Origin: Malacoplasma sp.
GTDB lineage: Bacteria; Bacillota_I; Bacilli_A; Mycoplasmatales; Mycoplasmoidaceae
Assembly (NCBI GenBank): GCA_045225975.1
Contig: JBGVBX010000024.1
Span: forward strand, 15,497 to 79,496
DNA length: 64,000 bases
Direction: 5' to 3'
The translations under genes and the position numbers were made by a program. The notes below the pieces were generated by a model. The model was given only the letters and a program-made list of their open reading frames with translations. It did no database searches and was not told the origin of the DNA. Shown one piece after another: positions 61,116-64,000 of the stretch (position 1 is the stretch's first letter; every line of letters begins with the position of its first letter).

Positions 61116-61826
61116 TTAGTTTTTATTTATAAAAACTATTTTGAAATTTTGAAAATTCTTGATTTTTTTCAATTTTAATCTTGAATTAGAACTGATTTCT
61201 ATATTTTTATTTGTATACAAATAAATTTTTATATTTTGATTGATCAAATACTCTTTTGTCTCATCATTTGCAAATTTTGGGTCATCAAAGAAAATTACAG
61301 AGTTATTTGTTCCATATAAAAATCTTGGTGATGTTTTTTGATCATAACCATATGTTTCAGAAACAAAGCAACATTGTTTTCAATTTATTGTTTTTATAAG
61401 TTCTTCATTATTGATAATTGTCTCCATATTGTCAGCATAAACAATAAAAGGGAGATTGTTTTTAATTAATAAGTTTAAAGCACTATTATTTAAGTTTTCG
61501 TACCTAAAACATAAAACATAATCATTGTTTGCTAAAAACTTTAAGTATTTGAGATGTTCTTTGACGATCATTGATTCAATGCACATATGTTTTTTATCCA
61601 TCAAATCAAAATTACCATGATAAAAAATAGCAAATGGTGGTTTATATATAGTTCTTAAATAGTATGGGTATATATCATCTATTATTGTAATGTAATGACA
61701 TTTAATAGTATTACATAACTCATTCACTTGGTCATTATTTATCTGTTCTTTATTTTTTAGCGTACAATAAACTTCATCTCAAATGAACTTGTGTTTTATT
61801 AGCATATAAATTAATATTTTGTTCAT
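61116..61826 (-). CDS. DprA/Smf-like protein, divergent and short (236 aa)
   Basis: A GGAGGT RBS precedes the gene. YITIIDDIYPYYLRTIYKPPFAIFYHGNFDLM matches the DprA block ..D..YP..L..I.DPP..LF.KG. The position directly upstream of topA is a common dprA-topA arrangement. Confidence 0.55.
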
Positions 61827-61904
61827 TTATACCTCCATAATATAAAATGGAAAATTTAATGATTTTAAATGTTTATTGAAGCAAAAATATATTAAACTAA
61901 AACT

Positions 61905-63059
61905 ATGGAAGTCAATTTTTATTTAAATACAAAGTATTATTTCGGTAAAGGTTGTGTTAAGAATAATCTTAGTCAAGAAATCAAATTATTAAAACCAAAA
62001 TGCATAATGCTAATTTATGGTGGTGGTTCTATTAAAATTAATGGTATTTACAATACTGTAATTAATGAAATTAAAAAAACAAAAATTAAGTTTATTGAGC
62101 ATTCTGGTGTTCAACCTAATCCAATAGATACAGATACATATAAGGCATGTATTAAAGCAAGAAATAATAAAGTAGATTTAATTATTGCTGTTGGTGGTGG
62201 AAGTGTTATTGATGAAGCCAAAGTAGTAAGTAATTTAATTACCAATAAACAATATAAGAATGCATGGGATTATATGGATAATGATGGGAAAACTAAAAAT
62301 CAACCCATTCCAATATTTTCAATTATTACCATTGCTGCTACAGGTAGTGAAAATAATTATAATTCTGTAATTACTAATAGTAAGACTCATGACAAATGAG
62401 GTGTGAGAAATCAAAACCGACCAATGGTTTGTTTTGAAGATCCAACATATACATTTAGTGTAAATAAATGACAAACCGCTAGTGGTAGTTTTGATATTAT
62501 GTCTCATTTATTAGAACAATATTACGACATAAAAAATCATTTTGAATGAACAAAGCAATACATTATTGCTAATATAAAAACTTTGCTAAAGTTTGTACCT
62601 ATTGTTTTGAAACAGCCAAATAATTATGAAGCAAGAGCAAATATTTTATGAACTTCTTCATGAGCATTAAATGGTGTAGGATCAATTAATACTTGTGGTG
62701 GCGATTGAAAAGTACATGGTCTTGAACATGCATTAAGCGGTAGATGAAACATATCACACGGTGCTGGATTAGCATTAATAACTCCAGTGTATATTAAATA
62801 CATGTGCAACCATAATAAGAAATTTAAGGCATTGACTATGGAATTATCACATGCATTATTCAATAATAAATCAGTTGCTTATTTTATAAAACAGATTCAA
62901 AATTTTATTAAATTATTAGGCTTGCCAACTAAGTTAACATGTTTTAAAGAAGTTAAAAGAGTAACAAAGCAAGATCTTGAATGGTTATCAGCTGCATTTG
63001 ATCGTAATACAGAAGGTTATCATCAATTAGGTGTTGATATTTATAAGAAATTAATATAG
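61905..63059 (+). CDS. Iron-containing alcohol dehydrogenase (YqhD/butanol dehydrogenase-like)
   Basis: YGGGSIK, AVGGGSVIDEAK and ...HGLEHALS... are Fe-ADH motifs. Fragments in frame 0 give 384 aa. Confidence 0.85.
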
Positions 63060-63069
63060 TTGTAATTTA

Positions 63070-63154
63070 TGGTGCACATGAAGAGACTCGAACTCTTACT
63101 CCGTTAAGAATTAGATCCTTAGTCTAACGCGTATACCAATTCCGCCACATGTGC
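63070..63154 (-). tRNA. tRNA-Leu, class II, anticodon AAG, with an encoded CCA
   Basis: I folded it by hand on the minus strand. The acceptor is GCACATG/CATGTGC, the anticodon arm is TTAGA-CTAAGGA-TCTAA, there is a long variable arm, and the T arm is AAGAG-TTCGAGT-CTCTT. The molecule is 85 nt. Confidence 0.85.
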
Positions 63155-63237
63155 ATATAGATAGTATAGTATACCATGGTGAAATTAAGTTATTTATTGC
63201 TATAGTTATATCAATAAGTCACAGTGTCTAGAGTATA

Positions 63238-63246
63238 TGTTATAAT
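63238..63246 (+). promoter_or_regulatory. Extended -10 promoter (TGtTATAAT) for gpx
   Basis: This is an exact TGnTATAAT match. Only 8 nt separate the hexamer from the ATG. Confidence 0.45.
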
Positions 63247-63254
63247 CATAAATT

Positions 63255-63737
63255 ATGAACTCAATTTATGATTTTAAAGCAAAAACTATAGATGGAAAAT
63301 TAGTTGATTTTTCAAATTATAAAGGTAAAGTGTTATTGATTGTTAATACTGCTACTGGTTGTGGTTTTACACCTCAATATAAACAGTTGGAAGAAATATA
63401 TAAAAAATACAATCAAAATGGATTTGAAATTTTGGATTTCCCATGTAATCAATTTGCTAATCAAGCACCACAGAGTAATTCTGAAATTCATTCATTTTGT
63501 ACATTAAATTTTGGAGTTTCATTTCAACAATTTGAAAAAATAGATGTAAATGGACCAAAAGCTGACCCAATTTTTGTTTATTTAAAGAATAAAAAACGAG
63601 GTTTATTTGGTAAAAAAATTAAGTGAAACTTTACTAAATTTCTTGTTGGTCGTAATGGTGATGTTGTTAAAAGATTTAGTCCAGCAACCAACCCATTAAA
63701 AATTGAAAAACACATTAAAAAAGAATTATCAATTTAA
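63255..63737 (+). CDS. gpx: Glutathione peroxidase family protein (Cys-type)
   Basis: [16 protein letters not shown] holds the active-site Cys, with FPCNQF and WNFTKFLV also present. The frame continues through TGA 63624. Confidence 0.9.
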
Positions 63738-63796
63738 ATATAGAAATTAAATTTTTATCTATTAGGATACACTTTTTGTGTTATGTAATTTGTTAT

Positions 63797-64000
63797 TTAC
63801 TCTTTTAGATTATTAACTTTAATTACTCTATCAAGTCTATTGCCTAAATTTAGCACTTCTTTTTCAATTCGTGTATTAAATTCTTCTTGCTTATCAAGTC
63901 TTTTGTTAATATTATCACTAAACTCTTTAAATCAAGCTGGAGCTTTAGCTCTTGGTTTAGTTGTAGGCCCACCTTTAGACTTAATCCTACTTAACTTAAT
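63797..64000 (-). CDS. Hypothetical protein, C-terminal part only; the 5' end lies outside the window
   Basis: The minus-strand frame is open from the window edge to TAA 63797-63799. The sequence ...KGGPTTKPRAKAPAWFKEFSDNINKRLDKQEEFNTRIEKEVLNLGNRLDRVIKVNNLKE is a coiled-coil tail. Confidence 0.45.

Overview
This is a very AT-rich chromosomal segment from a Mollicute (Mycoplasma-like) genome that has to be read with genetic code 4 (TGA = Trp). Almost every fragment in the standard-code ORF track joins its neighbour in the same frame through TGA codons. Read that way, the window holds 54 tightly packed CDS plus two tRNA genes, and many start and stop codons overlap. Most of the content is housekeeping. 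It includes cmk-der-gpsA, recU, tlyA, dinB, ruvAB, lepA, four aminoacyl-tRNA synthetases (leuS, alaS, ileS, argS), uvrC, ptsI-ispG and rpmG-secE-nusG. It also includes rpsB, two ABC transporter modules, thiI, a DHH phosphoesterase/cdaA pair, and a 12-gene minus-strand train running dprA-topA-trxA-adhE-...-thyA-folA-scpAB-trmB. I saw no rRNA genes, CRISPR arrays, transposases, integrases or prophage blocks. Five loci stand out as accessory or unusual. (1) A lone AbiH-family abortive-infection-like gene lies in the non-coding gap between tRNA-His and rpmG. (2) A surface lipoprotein is built from seven tandem 86-aa Big_2-type Ig-like repeats and has an (AT)11 tract in its promoter region, making it a candidate phase- and size-variable antigen. 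(3) A DUF31-type lipoprotein looks like a serine protease. (4) A class II tRNA-Leu carries anticodon AAG, with A at the wobble position. (5) Several core proteins (SecE, S2, a DEAD-box helicase, ABC ATPases) carry long Lys-rich extensions. All protein calls rest on my reading of translated motifs, and no database search was run.
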